Source of the DNA: Bdellovibrionales bacterium CG10_big_fil_rev_8_21_14_0_10_45_34
Lineage (GTDB): Bacteria; Bdellovibrionota; Bdellovibrionia; Bdellovibrionales; 1-14-0-10-45-34
Assembly (NCBI GenBank): GCA_002778785.1
Contig: PEZS01000011.1
Location: 192,995-256,994 of the forward strand
Direction: 5' to 3'
DNA: 64,000 bases
A model generated the notes under the pieces. The model was not told the DNA's origin, did no database searches, and saw only the letters and a program-made list of their open reading frames with translations. The translations under genes and the position numbers were made by a program. Shown in pieces: positions 9,899 to 18,865 of this stretch (position 1 is the first letter of the stretch; each line of letters begins with the position of its first letter).

Positions 9899-12121
9899 AT
9901 GAAGCTAACACTGCTCTCTGTTTTACTTTTACTTCCTTGGATCTCCTTTGCCAAAACAGTTCACTATGAAATCACTATTAGAAATGAATCTGTAAATATG
10001 AGTGGCAAAAAGGAGGCTGATTTTGCACTCACTGTAAACGGGGGAATTCCGGCGCCAACTCTTGAATTTACCGAAGGCGACGATGCTGAGATCTTGGTAA
10101 ACAATGAGCTTACCAAAGAGGAAGTTTCAATTCATTGGCATGGCTTACTACTGCCCCCCGAAGAAGATGGAGTGGCTTATGTGAATACTCCTCCTATCTA
10201 TCCCGGAAGCTCAAGACTATTTAAGTTCAAAATCCGGCAAAGCGGTACATTTTGGTATCATTCACATACGTCTGTTCAAGAGCAAAAAGGGGTTTATGGC
10301 GCCTTTATAGTTCACCCCAAGAAAAAAATGTTTGTTTACGATAGGGATGCAGTTGTCGTTATCAGCGATTGGTCCGATGAAAACGCCGATATGATCATTC
10401 GTAATCTTCGAAAGGATGGCGACTATTACCTTTACAAAAAAGATTCCGTTCGTTCCTATTTTGGAGCGATTCAAGATGGTGGGTTAAGGAGTCATCTTTA
10501 CAATGAATGGACTCGAATGGGAGGGATGGATTTGTCTGACGTAGGCTATGATGCCTTTCTCATTAACGGTAAAATCGACTCACAACTTCTGACGGCTCGA
10601 CCTGGTGAAAAGTTGAGAATTCGCATAATCAATGCCGGCGCTTCCAGTTACTTTTATGTTTCGCTCGCTGATCAAGCAATGACAGTTATTTCTGCAGATG
10701 GTGTCGACATCAAACCTTTGCAAACGAAAGAACTTCTCATCGGCATGGCCGAAACCTACGACATTCTCTTCACAGTTCCTGAAGCCAAGAACTACGAACT
10801 GCGCGCTACAGTTCAGGATGTTACGGGATTTGCTTCAACATGGATTGGCAGCGGTCCAAAAGTTTCTGCATCTCTAAAGGAGAAGCCTAATCTATATGCA
10901 GCAATGGAGCATAGCTCCCACGCAGGCTCCACAGACCATTCGAAGCACGAAGAAATGAGTAATCACCAAGGTCACGCCCACAATGCCCACCGCGCCCACC
11001 ACCCGCACAATACGCACGGCAAACACAAAGCGTCCGCAGAAGAGCCGAGAGATGACGACAACACTGATTGGTCAAACCAATCTAGCGCAATGCTTAGTCA
11101 AAACACAGCTCCAAGAAAATTGGAACCTGATGAGCCTGTGATTCAATCGTTGACCGTGGATTCAATCAAGTCGCTACGGCCTACGACTTTGCCAAAAAAA
11201 GCGAAAGTTCATGATGTGAAGCTATCACTCGGCGGAGATATGGAGCGCTACATTTGGCATATCAACGGCAAAGCGATCCATGAAGATCGTCTTTTGCTAA
11301 TAAATGAAGGTGAGGTGGTTAGGTTCACTTTTGTAAATGAGACCATGATGCATCACCCAATGCACTTTCATGGTCACTTCTTTCGAGTCATTAATGATGC
11401 CGGCGATCACTCCCCCCTAAAACACACGGTGGACGTGCCGCCACACTCCTCCCGAACCATTGAGTTCTACGCAAATGAACCGGGTCAATGGATGCTCCAT
11501 TGTCACAATCTCTACCATATGAAAACCGGTATGGCGCGAGTCGTGCGCTACAACGACTATAAGCTAACACCGCAAATGCAAAAATATGACCGGCAAGACC
11601 CGCACCTTCACGATCATATCTACTATTACTCGATGCTCGAAGCCGCGACTAATCATGCGCAAGCAAACATAAAGTTGATGAGAACCTGGGATGAGCTTGA
11701 TATACGAATGGAAACAGCAGATATCGAAGGGAAACATTTTAACTTTGGAAACGATTGGGAAACCGAAGGTGATTTGCATTACCGCCGATGGTTTTCGAGA
11801 TTCGTCAACGTCTTCGCGGGCCCATCACTTTATCACGAGCAAGGATATGCGGTTGTCGGAGTCGGGTATATTCTACCAATGTTGATTGAAAGCGCTGTGT
11901 CTGTGAATCACAAAGGACGGTTCCGGTTTGACTTAGAAAAGCGCTTTCAATGGACGAAAAGTATTTTTACCGATGCCGATTTTTCGTGGCGACCAGGGTG
12001 GGGCGGTGAACGCGACTCTGAGTTCGAGGTTAGTTTGATGTACTCGCCTAGCTGGTCGTGGGCAGCAGGCCTTATGCTCACAGAAAAAAGCCTCGGTGCC
12101 GGATTGCAAATGCAGTTCTAG
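9899..12121 (+). CDS. multicopper oxidase (CopA/PcoA-like) fused to a C-terminal CopB/PcoB-like outer-membrane domain
   Basis: Signal peptide. Copper motifs HWHGLLLP, WYHSHT, HPMHFHGH, HCHNLYHMKTGM. His-rich insert at about 10900-11035. The last ~175 aa (from about 11597) follow PcoB-like beta-strand patterns and end in ...GLQMQF. Confidence 0.8.
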   Translation: MKLTLLSVLLLLPWISFAKTVHYEITIRNESVNMSGKKEADFALTVNGGIPAPTLEFTEGDDAEILVNNELTKEEVSIHWHGLLLPPEEDGVAYVNTPPIYPGSSRLFKFKIRQSGTFWYHSHTSVQEQKGVYGAFIVHPKKKMFVYDRDAVVVISDWSDENADMIIRNLRKDGDYYLYKKDSVRSYFGAIQDGGLRSHLYNEWTRMGGMDLSDVGYDAFLINGKIDSQLLTARPGEKLRIRIINAGASSYFYVSLADQAMTVISADGVDIKPLQTKELLIGMAETYDILFTVPEAKNYELRATVQDVTGFASTWIGSGPKVSASLKEKPNLYAAMEHSSHAGSTDHSKHEEMSNHQGHAHNAHRAHHPHNTHGKHKASAEEPRDDDNTDWSNQSSAMLSQNTAPRKLEPDEPVIQSLTVDSIKSLRPTTLPKKAKVHDVKLSLGGDMERYIWHINGKAIHEDRLLLINEGEVVRFTFVNETMMHHPMHFHGHFFRVINDAGDHSPLKHTVDVPPHSSRTIEFYANEPGQWMLHCHNLYHMKTGMARVVRYNDYKLTPQMQKYDRQDPHLHDHIYYYSMLEAATNHAQANIKLMRTWDELDIRMETADIEGKHFNFGNDWETEGDLHYRRWFSRFVNVFAGPSLYHEQGYAVVGVGYILPMLIESAVSVNHKGRFRFDLEKRFQWTKSIFTDADFSWRPGWGGERDSEFEVSLMYSPSWSWAAGLMLTEKSLGAGLQMQF

Positions 12122-12281
12122 CAACTGGTTAGCGCCGACCCCATAACTCGTCAGTGCAGTCTTCCTAGACAGACAGCTTTTTAGTCCGCATGCTTTTTCT
12201 ACCCTGTGGCCCATTTACATTTTGGGAATGAGCGACCAACTGTTCATTTACTTCTGACTCAGTCAGGGTTAACCTCGCGTT

Positions 12282-12773
12282 ATGAAAGCCGCTCTACTGA
12301 TAATCGATATGCAGAAGACTTTTCTCTCTCATGCTGAGGCACTGACGCCATCTCTCCGACATGTTTGTGAACATATAAATCACGTGGCTCAGCATTTCCG
12401 CAAACGATCTTTGCCAGTTTTTATTGTGCAAGACCAAGAGAGTTGCAAGCCAGGGCATCCTGAGTTTGAATTTGTCGACCTAATCGAGACGCACGAAACC
12501 GATGAAAAAATTCACAAATTACACGGCAATAGTTTTCGCGAAACATCTTTAGAAGCACGCCTCAAAGAGCTCAACGTCGACTTTATTCTCCTGACAGGAT
12601 TTAAGGCCGAGGGTTGTGTGCTTGCCACAATTCATGGAGCTCTTGATCGGGATATTCCGTTCGCAGTATTGCGAGACGGAATCTTGAGTACTACAGAGGA
12701 TGGCGCAAAATTTGTAGAAAAGACCTATCCTCTGATGAGCTATTCTGTCGCTGAAGCCCTACTAGAGGACTAA
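12282..12773 (+). CDS. isochorismatase-family cysteine hydrolase
   Basis: ALLIIDMQKTF start motif and catalytic-Cys motif GFKAEGCVLAT. Confidence 0.8.
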   Translation: MKAALLIIDMQKTFLSHAEALTPSLRHVCEHINHVAQHFRKRSLPVFIVQDQESCKPGHPEFEFVDLIETHETDEKIHKLHGNSFRETSLEARLKELNVDFILLTGFKAEGCVLATIHGALDRDIPFAVLRDGILSTTEDGAKFVEKTYPLMSYSVAEALLED

Positions 12774-12918
12774 CATGATTAACGAGACGACTCCCCAGAA
12801 GCAATCCGGGGAGTCAGTTGGTTGTTTAAATTTTGTTCGAACTAACCAATTTAAACTTTGTCGCTTAGCGAATCGCGGCCTTTTTGCCGAACATGCTTCA
12901 CCGAGCGAATCACTTTGC

Positions 12919-13521
12919 CTAGTATCTTTCGCTGAGCGAAGAATCCTTTCGGAGCGACGTTTGATTGGCAGAGGTTTGTTGAGCTGCGGAGCTCCTATCG
13001 GCTTTCACTTCTCCCGTAGAAGAAATGTCTTTTGCGCCAGTTTCTTTAAGACATTTCTTTGCCTTATCCACTTCATCAGAGTTAGTCGCGTGCACTGACA
13101 TTAAAATTCCGCCGTCCTTTACAAAGCCTTCATATCGTTTTGCTTCATACTCAGGAATGCCAAGTCCTATTAGGGCACCGCCGATACCGCCAATCGCTCC
13201 GCCTACACCCGCACCAGCCAACGCGGCCATAATTGGGCCGGCTGCGATGAATGGGCCAATGCCTGGAATGGCTAAGGCACCAATGCCGGCAAGCAATCCT
13301 AGTGTTCCGCCTATAGCCGCGCCTGTACTCGCTCCGGTTGCAGCACCTTCGGGTGCTTTAGTTCCTTTGGTATGTGCGAAATCTTGAGAACCTGCTTTAT
13401 CTTGCATCAACACCGAAATGTCACTGGTTGAAAATCCATCGGTCTTTAGAACCTCGACTGCTCGCTCCACTTCGCTCCGTGATTGATAAATTCCTAGAAC
13501 CACTTTGTTTTTGTCACTCAT
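12919..13521 (-). CDS. general-stress-type protein (YflT/GSP17M-like ends with a central glycine zipper)
   Basis: N-terminus VVLGIYQSRSEVERAVEVLKTDGFSTSDISVL. Long G/A-rich zipper GGAIGGIGGALIGLG. C-terminus YEGFVKDGGILMSVH. Confidence 0.6.
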   Translation of the reverse strand: MSDKNKVVLGIYQSRSEVERAVEVLKTDGFSTSDISVLMQDKAGSQDFAHTKGTKAPEGAATGASTGAAIGGTLGLLAGIGALAIPGIGPFIAAGPIMAALAGAGVGGAIGGIGGALIGLGIPEYEAKRYEGFVKDGGILMSVHATNSDEVDKAKKCLKETGAKDISSTGEVKADRSSAAQQTSANQTSLRKDSSLSERY

Positions 13522-13551
13522 AAAAATCTCCTTTAAGTTTTAAGTAAGGGT

Positions 13552-13950
13552 TTACTTCCTATCTGTTACTACCGACATTTCATTAGACACGTTTGATACG
13601 CCAGCGACTATTCGAGCATTGTTCATTATGGCATTTAGTTCTTGCTCCGATCGCACCGGCCCTTTCAGAGTCACTTTACCGTTGACGGTAATGATCTTCA
13701 CATTCTTTGCATACGTCGATAGGTTTTTCTCTTTCATTATATCTTGACGAATACGCCGTGTAATATTCATGTCACTTGAATTCGAAGGTTGCTCGTCAGC
13801 AGTTAGCTCTTGAGGAGCACTGTCACGCTGATTAATTTTGGTATTGTCGGTCCGGGTATTATCCGTGGCATTATTTGCATTTGTGAAAGATTGTACACTC
13901 GAAATAAGCGTGCCCAACATCACTATTTTCGCTATCATTTTCTGTTTCAT
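13552..13950 (-). CDS. exported BON-domain protein (OsmY-like)
   Basis: Signal peptide. C-terminal VKIITVNGKVTLKGPVRSEQELNAIMNNARIVAGVSNVSNEM matches the BON domain pattern. Confidence 0.7.
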   Translation of the reverse strand: MKQKMIAKIVMLGTLISSVQSFTNANNATDNTRTDNTKINQRDSAPQELTADEQPSNSSDMNITRRIRQDIMKEKNLSTYAKNVKIITVNGKVTLKGPVRSEQELNAIMNNARIVAGVSNVSNEMSVVTDRK

Positions 13951-13979
13951 AAACTTTCTCTAACTTTCTTTTTTTCAAT

Positions 13980-14023
13980 GGTTTCATACTTCACTTAGGT
14001 TTCATACTTCACTTACTTCACTT
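13980..14023. repeat. 18-bp tandem repeat (2 full copies plus a partial one) upstream of the BON gene
   Basis: GGTTTCATACTTCACTTA at 13980-13997 and at 13998-14015, then CTTCACTT. Confidence 0.9.
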
Positions 14024-14239
14024 TCTATTGTGTTCCACTTTGGCATGATTTTTTTCATACGATTTCCCAGATTCATTTCCTTCGGAAAAACCTCAAAATT
14101 CGGAAAAGAACTACTTGCTATAGTTGAAAAGTCCAAAAATTCTTCTCCATCTCTGCTTCATCTTCTAGGCCCATTCGGCAAAAGTGCTATCGTTGAGTAA
14201 AGGGGCTGCCACAAATGCAGCCAGCCCATTCAACAAAAA

Positions 14240-14659
14240 CTAGATGCGCTCGGATTTGTCGCTGTATTTTTTCTCATCTCTGTTGAATTCCTTTGGCCTT
14301 GCGACTTCCTGGCCGGGGCTACGTTCGGCATCTCTTCTATCTTCGTTGGTACGACTCCTGTCAGACTTCGGTTGGTTCACACCGGTGCCATGCTTTGTCT
14401 GATCTGACTTAGAATCATGCTTCGAATCATAAGGTTTATTCTGGGTGGTTCTATTTTGGTTTTGTTGTCCTTGACTGTAACCACCATTTTTGTGAGCCGA
14501 ATTCGAGCGCTCATCTTGCTGGCTCTGACCACCGCTGTACTTAGTTGACGATCTAGTGGTGTCTTGCTGACTTTGACCACCATAGCCGCCATATTGCGGC
14601 GAAGACTTCGACTCATCGTTATAATTATTGCTCATAGTTTTTTCTCTTTCGGGACTCAT
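14240..14659 (-). CDS. hydrophilic low-complexity (Q/S/G/K-rich) protein, hydrophilin-like
   Basis: 139-aa ORF with no hydrophobic core. Repeated GGQSQQD and GGYSQGQ units. The start may be the ATG at 14635. Confidence 0.45.
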   Translation of the reverse strand: MSPEREKTMSNNYNDESKSSPQYGGYGGQSQQDTTRSSTKYSGGQSQQDERSNSAHKNGGYSQGQQNQNRTTQNKPYDSKHDSKSDQTKHGTGVNQPKSDRSRTNEDRRDAERSPGQEVARPKEFNRDEKKYSDKSERI

Positions 14660-14956
14660 AAAAACTCCTTGTATTTGGTTGTGTGAATTTGCACTTCCAA
14701 AGTACTACACTGCAATAGCGAGACCACGGCGTAAACGGTGCTCCAAAGAATTGAAATGCAAGGGCGGGTCATTATGGGGAGTAATCAGGCATCTTGACAC
14801 GTATTTTTTAATATTTTCGCCCATCTGTGAACTCTGCCTCAGCTGTACTTGAGCGAGGACAATCTGATTTTGGCGCAGGCATTGCATTTAATTTAGATGT
14901 GTTAGTTTGAGGAAGTTCCAGTAGAAGTTCTAATATTTTTTTAATGCTTCAATGAA

Positions 14957-15604
14957 GTGCTAAAACCCGATAGCCACGTGGCAAGGAGTCCCGAAGTGAG
15001 AAAAGAATCATCCAAATCAAAAAATGGTACTAAATCAACAAAGCGAAGTGTTTCTAAAAAAAAAGCGAAGGATAACCACGAGAGTACGTCCAGTTTTGAG
15101 TCTGAGTCCGGCGACATCGCTACTTTGATCCTTAGAGATCATAAACCAATCAAAGAGTTGATTTCTATTTTAAAAGACTCTGATACCAGTTTTAAGAAAA
15201 AATATCCTGCATTTGCCGAATTTGAAGGCACGCTTACAAGCCACGCAAAGGCAGAAGAAGAGAGCCTCTATGTGCATCTCAAAGAAGTGGACGATTTACG
15301 TATCAACGCACTTGAGGGCGACACTGAGCACGCAATTGCGGAGCAACTTATTAAAGAAGTTAACGAAAGCGAGGGTGACGAAGACAGTTGGATGGCTAAA
15401 GTAAAGGTTCTAGCTGAAGTTGTTGAACACCATGTTAAAGAAGAAGAAAAAGAGTTGTTGAAACAGGTCCGAAATACTTTTGACTCAGAAGAGCGCCAAG
15501 AAATCGGCGAACTGTATTCTCAATTGCTAAACCAGTACCGAGAAGATGAGCGCAAACCGAAACAGTCTGCAGGAAAATACGACGTAGGGGCTGAATATGT
15601 ATAA
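14957..15604 (+). CDS. hemerythrin-like (HHE cation-binding) domain protein with a Lys-rich N-terminal tail
   Basis: Spaced His/Glu motifs RDHKPIKEL, SHAKAEEESLY, TEHAIAEQ and EHHVKEEEKELL. Confidence 0.6.
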   Translation: MLKPDSHVARSPEVRKESSKSKNGTKSTKRSVSKKKAKDNHESTSSFESESGDIATLILRDHKPIKELISILKDSDTSFKKKYPAFAEFEGTLTSHAKAEEESLYVHLKEVDDLRINALEGDTEHAIAEQLIKEVNESEGDEDSWMAKVKVLAEVVEHHVKEEEKELLKQVRNTFDSEERQEIGELYSQLLNQYREDERKPKQSAGKYDVGAEYV

Positions 15605-15791
15605 TCAGTTTAGGTACCAACAAAACGATCACAAAAATGGTTTCGAATGGTTTCTAATGCGGTTTAAAAATGCTTTAGTAGCCCAACGCGAGAATGCGAA
15701 AGGAGCGATCGCAATACCAATATTGTTATATGTTGTAGGCGTCCCAGGCATTCTCGTCTTATTGCTTTGGCTTTTGTTTTTTAGAGGCTAG
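15597..15791 (+). CDS. small hypothetical membrane protein
   Basis: 64 aa with a single C-terminal TM (AIPILLYVVGVPGILVLLLWLLFF). It overlaps the preceding stop by 8 nt. Confidence 0.3.
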   Translation: MYNQFRYQQNDHKNGFEWFLMRFKNALVAQRENAKGAIAIPILLYVVGVPGILVLLLWLLFFRG

Positions 15792-16062
15792 CAGTTTTCT
15801 CTCATGCTTCTCTCTATAGGCATAGACCTGCTTACATTTTTGAGAACGGTCTTCGCACTTGAAACTTGAAATTCGAAGATTTTGCGATGGTTTATAAGAT
15901 ATAAGAGAGGTTCCAGTGATTATCTGAGTGATTCTCTTGATGTTCAGCTGTTTTTGACAGCATGCATCTGAAAAGGTATTGGGCCTAGTATTGTGCACTG
16001 GGTGTTAACTTTTCAGTGGTGAGATCCTACAATCTATACAAACTCTAAAGGGGGAGACCAAA

Positions 16063-16365
16063 ATGAAAACTATTCTGTTGTTTGTTGCACTATCGTCACT
16101 TCTATTTTCGGCGAGTTGTTCACATGGACATGGACACAAAAAGGGAGAGCACAAGGGTCAGCATTGGGTAGAGATGGACGCCGATAAAGACGGCGCAATT
16201 TCTAAAGAGGAATTTGATAAATTTCATGTAGAGAAGTTTAAAGCCATGGATACCAACAACGATGGCAAGATCAGTGAAGACGAAAGAAACGCCTTTAAGT
16301 CGGAAGGTAAAATGTGCAGCAAAAAAAGCTGTAAGAAATGCGGTAACAAGAAATCCGCTGAATAG
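16063..16365 (+). CDS. exported EF-hand calcium-binding protein
   Basis: Lipobox-like LFSASC. Two canonical EF loops, DADKDGAISKEE and DTNNDGKISEDE. GGAG RBS. Confidence 0.75.
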   Translation: MKTILLFVALSSLLFSASCSHGHGHKKGEHKGQHWVEMDADKDGAISKEEFDKFHVEKFKAMDTNNDGKISEDERNAFKSEGKMCSKKSCKKCGNKKSAE

Positions 16366-16380
16366 TGTGATCTCTAAAAC

Positions 16381-16674
16381 ATGTTGATTGCGAATTCGAT
16401 ACTAATTGGCCTGGCTTTGTTCTGCTCTTTACCCGCGCTTGGTGCCGACCAAACGGGTAATCCAAGCGTTTCAAGCCTTGCCAAGGATACGCCCCCGAAG
16501 TTTGATTGTGAGACAGAGCAAGACTGCATCTTACGAAGTTGTTCGGGGTGCTTATCTGCGGAATACATACGAATTTATAATCCTCCGGAACCTCCCTGTT
16601 TTCAGTATCCCAGCACAGGTTTCAAATGCGTTTGTAAGTCTAATAAATGCGTAGCCCAATCAACACGACTATAA
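16381..16674 (+). CDS. small exported Cys-rich protein
   Basis: Signal peptide followed by 8 Cys in about 60 aa. No family recognised. Confidence 0.4.
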   Translation: MLIANSILIGLALFCSLPALGADQTGNPSVSSLAKDTPPKFDCETEQDCILRSCSGCLSAEYIRIYNPPEPPCFQYPSTGFKCVCKSNKCVAQSTRL

Positions 16675-16826
16675 CTACGACATCTTTCCGAAGATGCCTG
16701 TCGTAGAATATGAAACCATCGAGTTTAAACTAAATGCAGCCTAACTGTGCTTTAATCGCACCCCTAATTTCTAATGTTAGACTTGGAGCTAGTGGTGCAC
16801 AAGCTGGGACCTGGGTTTTGCGAGAA

Positions 16827-18395
16827 TTACTTTAGTTCAAATTCGATGAGGGCTACTGATCGCTGCTGAATACCCAAAAGAGCCAAAGCAATGTGGGTAG
16901 CTGATTTCGGGCTCCTACTCTGCGGGCGACCATCTTCACTATACGGAACTTGTACCCATGGTATTGTCTCTGTAGCATTGCTTGGGTTAAAGGGGGCAAA
17001 TGTCGGCTCCCCTGCAATCTGCTGAGTGGCCTTATTGTCTACCGGCAGAAATATGACTTCGCCGTTGTCATAACCTGGAAGAATCACGACTGATTTTTCA
17101 CCAAAATTAACCACCTGTAGATTTTGAGGGTGGTTGTCATAAGCAGTTTGATTCAAAATCTCATTCCATTGGCCATCTTGATTTTGATAAACAAGAAGGT
17201 GGCCCGCCATATCAATAAAAGGAGTGGCATCTGTTACATAAATACGTCGGTAGGCCTCACCATCAACCTTAGGTCCAATAGCTATGGTACGGTTGGTGAC
17301 ACCCACGATTCCTGTATCAGTGACGTGAAGAGTATGCCCCTGCGGACCATTAATAAACTTGATGATTTGTATATTGTCGAGCCTCACAATAAGCTCTTCT
17401 GTTCCATCGTTGTCCACATCTGAAAACTGCATGGCTTGAAATGAAGGGTATTCTCCTTGGTTACTTAGGACCACGCCTTTTCCCAAAACCGCTCCCGTCG
17501 AGTCCAGATGAATCACTCGCAATTGACCATTAGCTGAATGCACATATGTAAAAACTGATACGACTCCTTCGCCAAACTTGTCTCTCACGACAGCTATAGA
17601 TGTAACACTCTCCCCAAATCTGTCTTCAACCCCAGGAATTGTCGTTGCAACACCTTCGGAGGATCCCGTTTCAGTCGTGGTGCCGGTATTGCTTTGAGCG
17701 GAGAGCTCAGTCGGCACGTGCTGAGCGAGCCCCATCTTTCCATTTTTGATTGGTATAAAAAAAAGTCGATTATAGTGATTCACCAAGACAGCCGCTTCGT
17801 TGTCCTGCGATTTAAACCCTATATATTCAATGTTCTCAAAGAGATGATAGTGAGCATGACCACTTGTATCCGTCGGCAACTGCACTTCAGAAATGAAACT
17901 GATTTTTTTCAAATTGTTCTTATAAGTTCTGAACTGTTTCAAAACCAACTCAGAGACATGATAATTGTCACTGGGATTTACCCTATAGCTACGGCTACCA
18001 CCAACAAAAATGTCATACCAGGACCCACGGTCAATAATCTTCACATTGCGAGCGGCCCATCCCGGTTCAAAAAGCGGATCGTATTTAATGACTCTTTTTA
18101 CAGAAACGGTCGGTTCTTTTGATGTTGCTTTCTTAGATCGACTTGATTTGGTTGCCGGTTTTTTAGCCTTTTTGGCTTTGGCGTCTGCAATGGGTTCAGA
18201 GGGAGAAGAAAAAAAGGACCAACAGTTTAGTTCTTTAGAGGAAGTACCAGAGTTTTTTTCTCCGCCGGCAAAGCCTTTAAAGCCATACAATGCGATAAGA
18301 AGGATAGTGCTCGTCTGAATCACAAAGCGATTTAGGGATTGAAGTCTTTGAACTTGAAAAATCTGTAACTCAAATCTCCTATGTGTTTTTACCAT
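16827..18395 (-). CDS. hypothetical exported protein with a Lys-rich linker and an FG-GAP/beta-propeller-like motif
   Basis: N-terminal TM or signal segment, KAKKAKKPATKSSRSKKATSK linker, and DVDNDGTEELIV calcium-loop-like motif. Confidence 0.5.
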   Translation of the reverse strand: MVKTHRRFELQIFQVQRLQSLNRFVIQTSTILLIALYGFKGFAGGEKNSGTSSKELNCWSFFSSPSEPIADAKAKKAKKPATKSSRSKKATSKEPTVSVKRVIKYDPLFEPGWAARNVKIIDRGSWYDIFVGGSRSYRVNPSDNYHVSELVLKQFRTYKNNLKKISFISEVQLPTDTSGHAHYHLFENIEYIGFKSQDNEAAVLVNHYNRLFFIPIKNGKMGLAQHVPTELSAQSNTGTTTETGSSEGVATTIPGVEDRFGESVTSIAVVRDKFGEGVVSVFTYVHSANGQLRVIHLDSTGAVLGKGVVLSNQGEYPSFQAMQFSDVDNDGTEELIVRLDNIQIIKFINGPQGHTLHVTDTGIVGVTNRTIAIGPKVDGEAYRRIYVTDATPFIDMAGHLLVYQNQDGQWNEILNQTAYDNHPQNLQVVNFGEKSVVILPGYDNGEVIFLPVDNKATQQIAGEPTFAPFNPSNATETIPWVQVPYSEDGRPQSRSPKSATHIALALLGIQQRSVALIEFELK

Positions 18396-18830
18396 ACATC
18401 ATCCCTTCGTATTTACCTTTTTGCCTCTAAGAGGCCGTGTGAAGATAGTAGAACAAGTAACACTCGGATATTTGAAGTGCTAGTATAACGTGAACTTGAG
18501 GACATTCATAAATACAAACACCTTAAGTGTAAAGACTACCTAGCTGCCCCCTCAGTCACAGTCGAGAGTGCCTTGGCCTCGTGCCTTCGACCACTGGAGT
18601 TTACCGAAACACGCTTGCCTTTCGAGACGCCGCCCACGCAGGCAAAAGAATTTCGAAGAATACCCCAGCTGGGGGCTTCTCTAAGACTTCCTTGGCAACT
18701 CGAGAATTGGAATGAAGAAGTTCATAACATTGTACCTTGGGCTAACAGGTTAAGGATACGTAAGCGCTCTGACTGTCCTTTTTAAACAGGATGCTAAGCT
18801 GAGCAAACTAAGAAATTGTCAAAGGCAGAA

Positions 18831-18858
18831 TGAACCTTCTAAATAAACAGAAGGTTCA
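18831..18858 (-). terminator. hairpin terminator downstream of the DUF1275 gene
   Basis: Perfect 10-bp stem TGAACCTTCT / AGAAGGTTCA with an 8-nt loop, 8 nt past the stop. Followed on the minus strand by TTCTGCCTTT. Confidence 0.55.
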
Positions 18859-18865
18859 GATCAAG

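Noticed and set aside
13025-13387. 120-aa plus-strand Pro/Ala-rich ORF. Similar long antisense ORFs occur at 7683-8213, 42008-42394 and 12775-13098.
   Set aside because: These are mirror-frame artefacts of Gly/Ala-rich or conserved genes on the opposite strand. They have no RBS or independent motifs.
18541-18620. RNase P RNA-like motif on the minus strand. CGGTAAACTCCA followed by GAGGCCAAGG resembles the GGTAAACTCCACC...GCAAGGCCAAATAGG region of bacterial type A RNase P RNA.
   Set aside because: The universally conserved GAGGAAAGTCC and ACAGAA..GGCTTA elements are absent from the surrounding 470 bp on either strand. The region is also too short and lacks the expected P1 to P4 pairing. It is kept only as an unspecified structured-RNA candidate.
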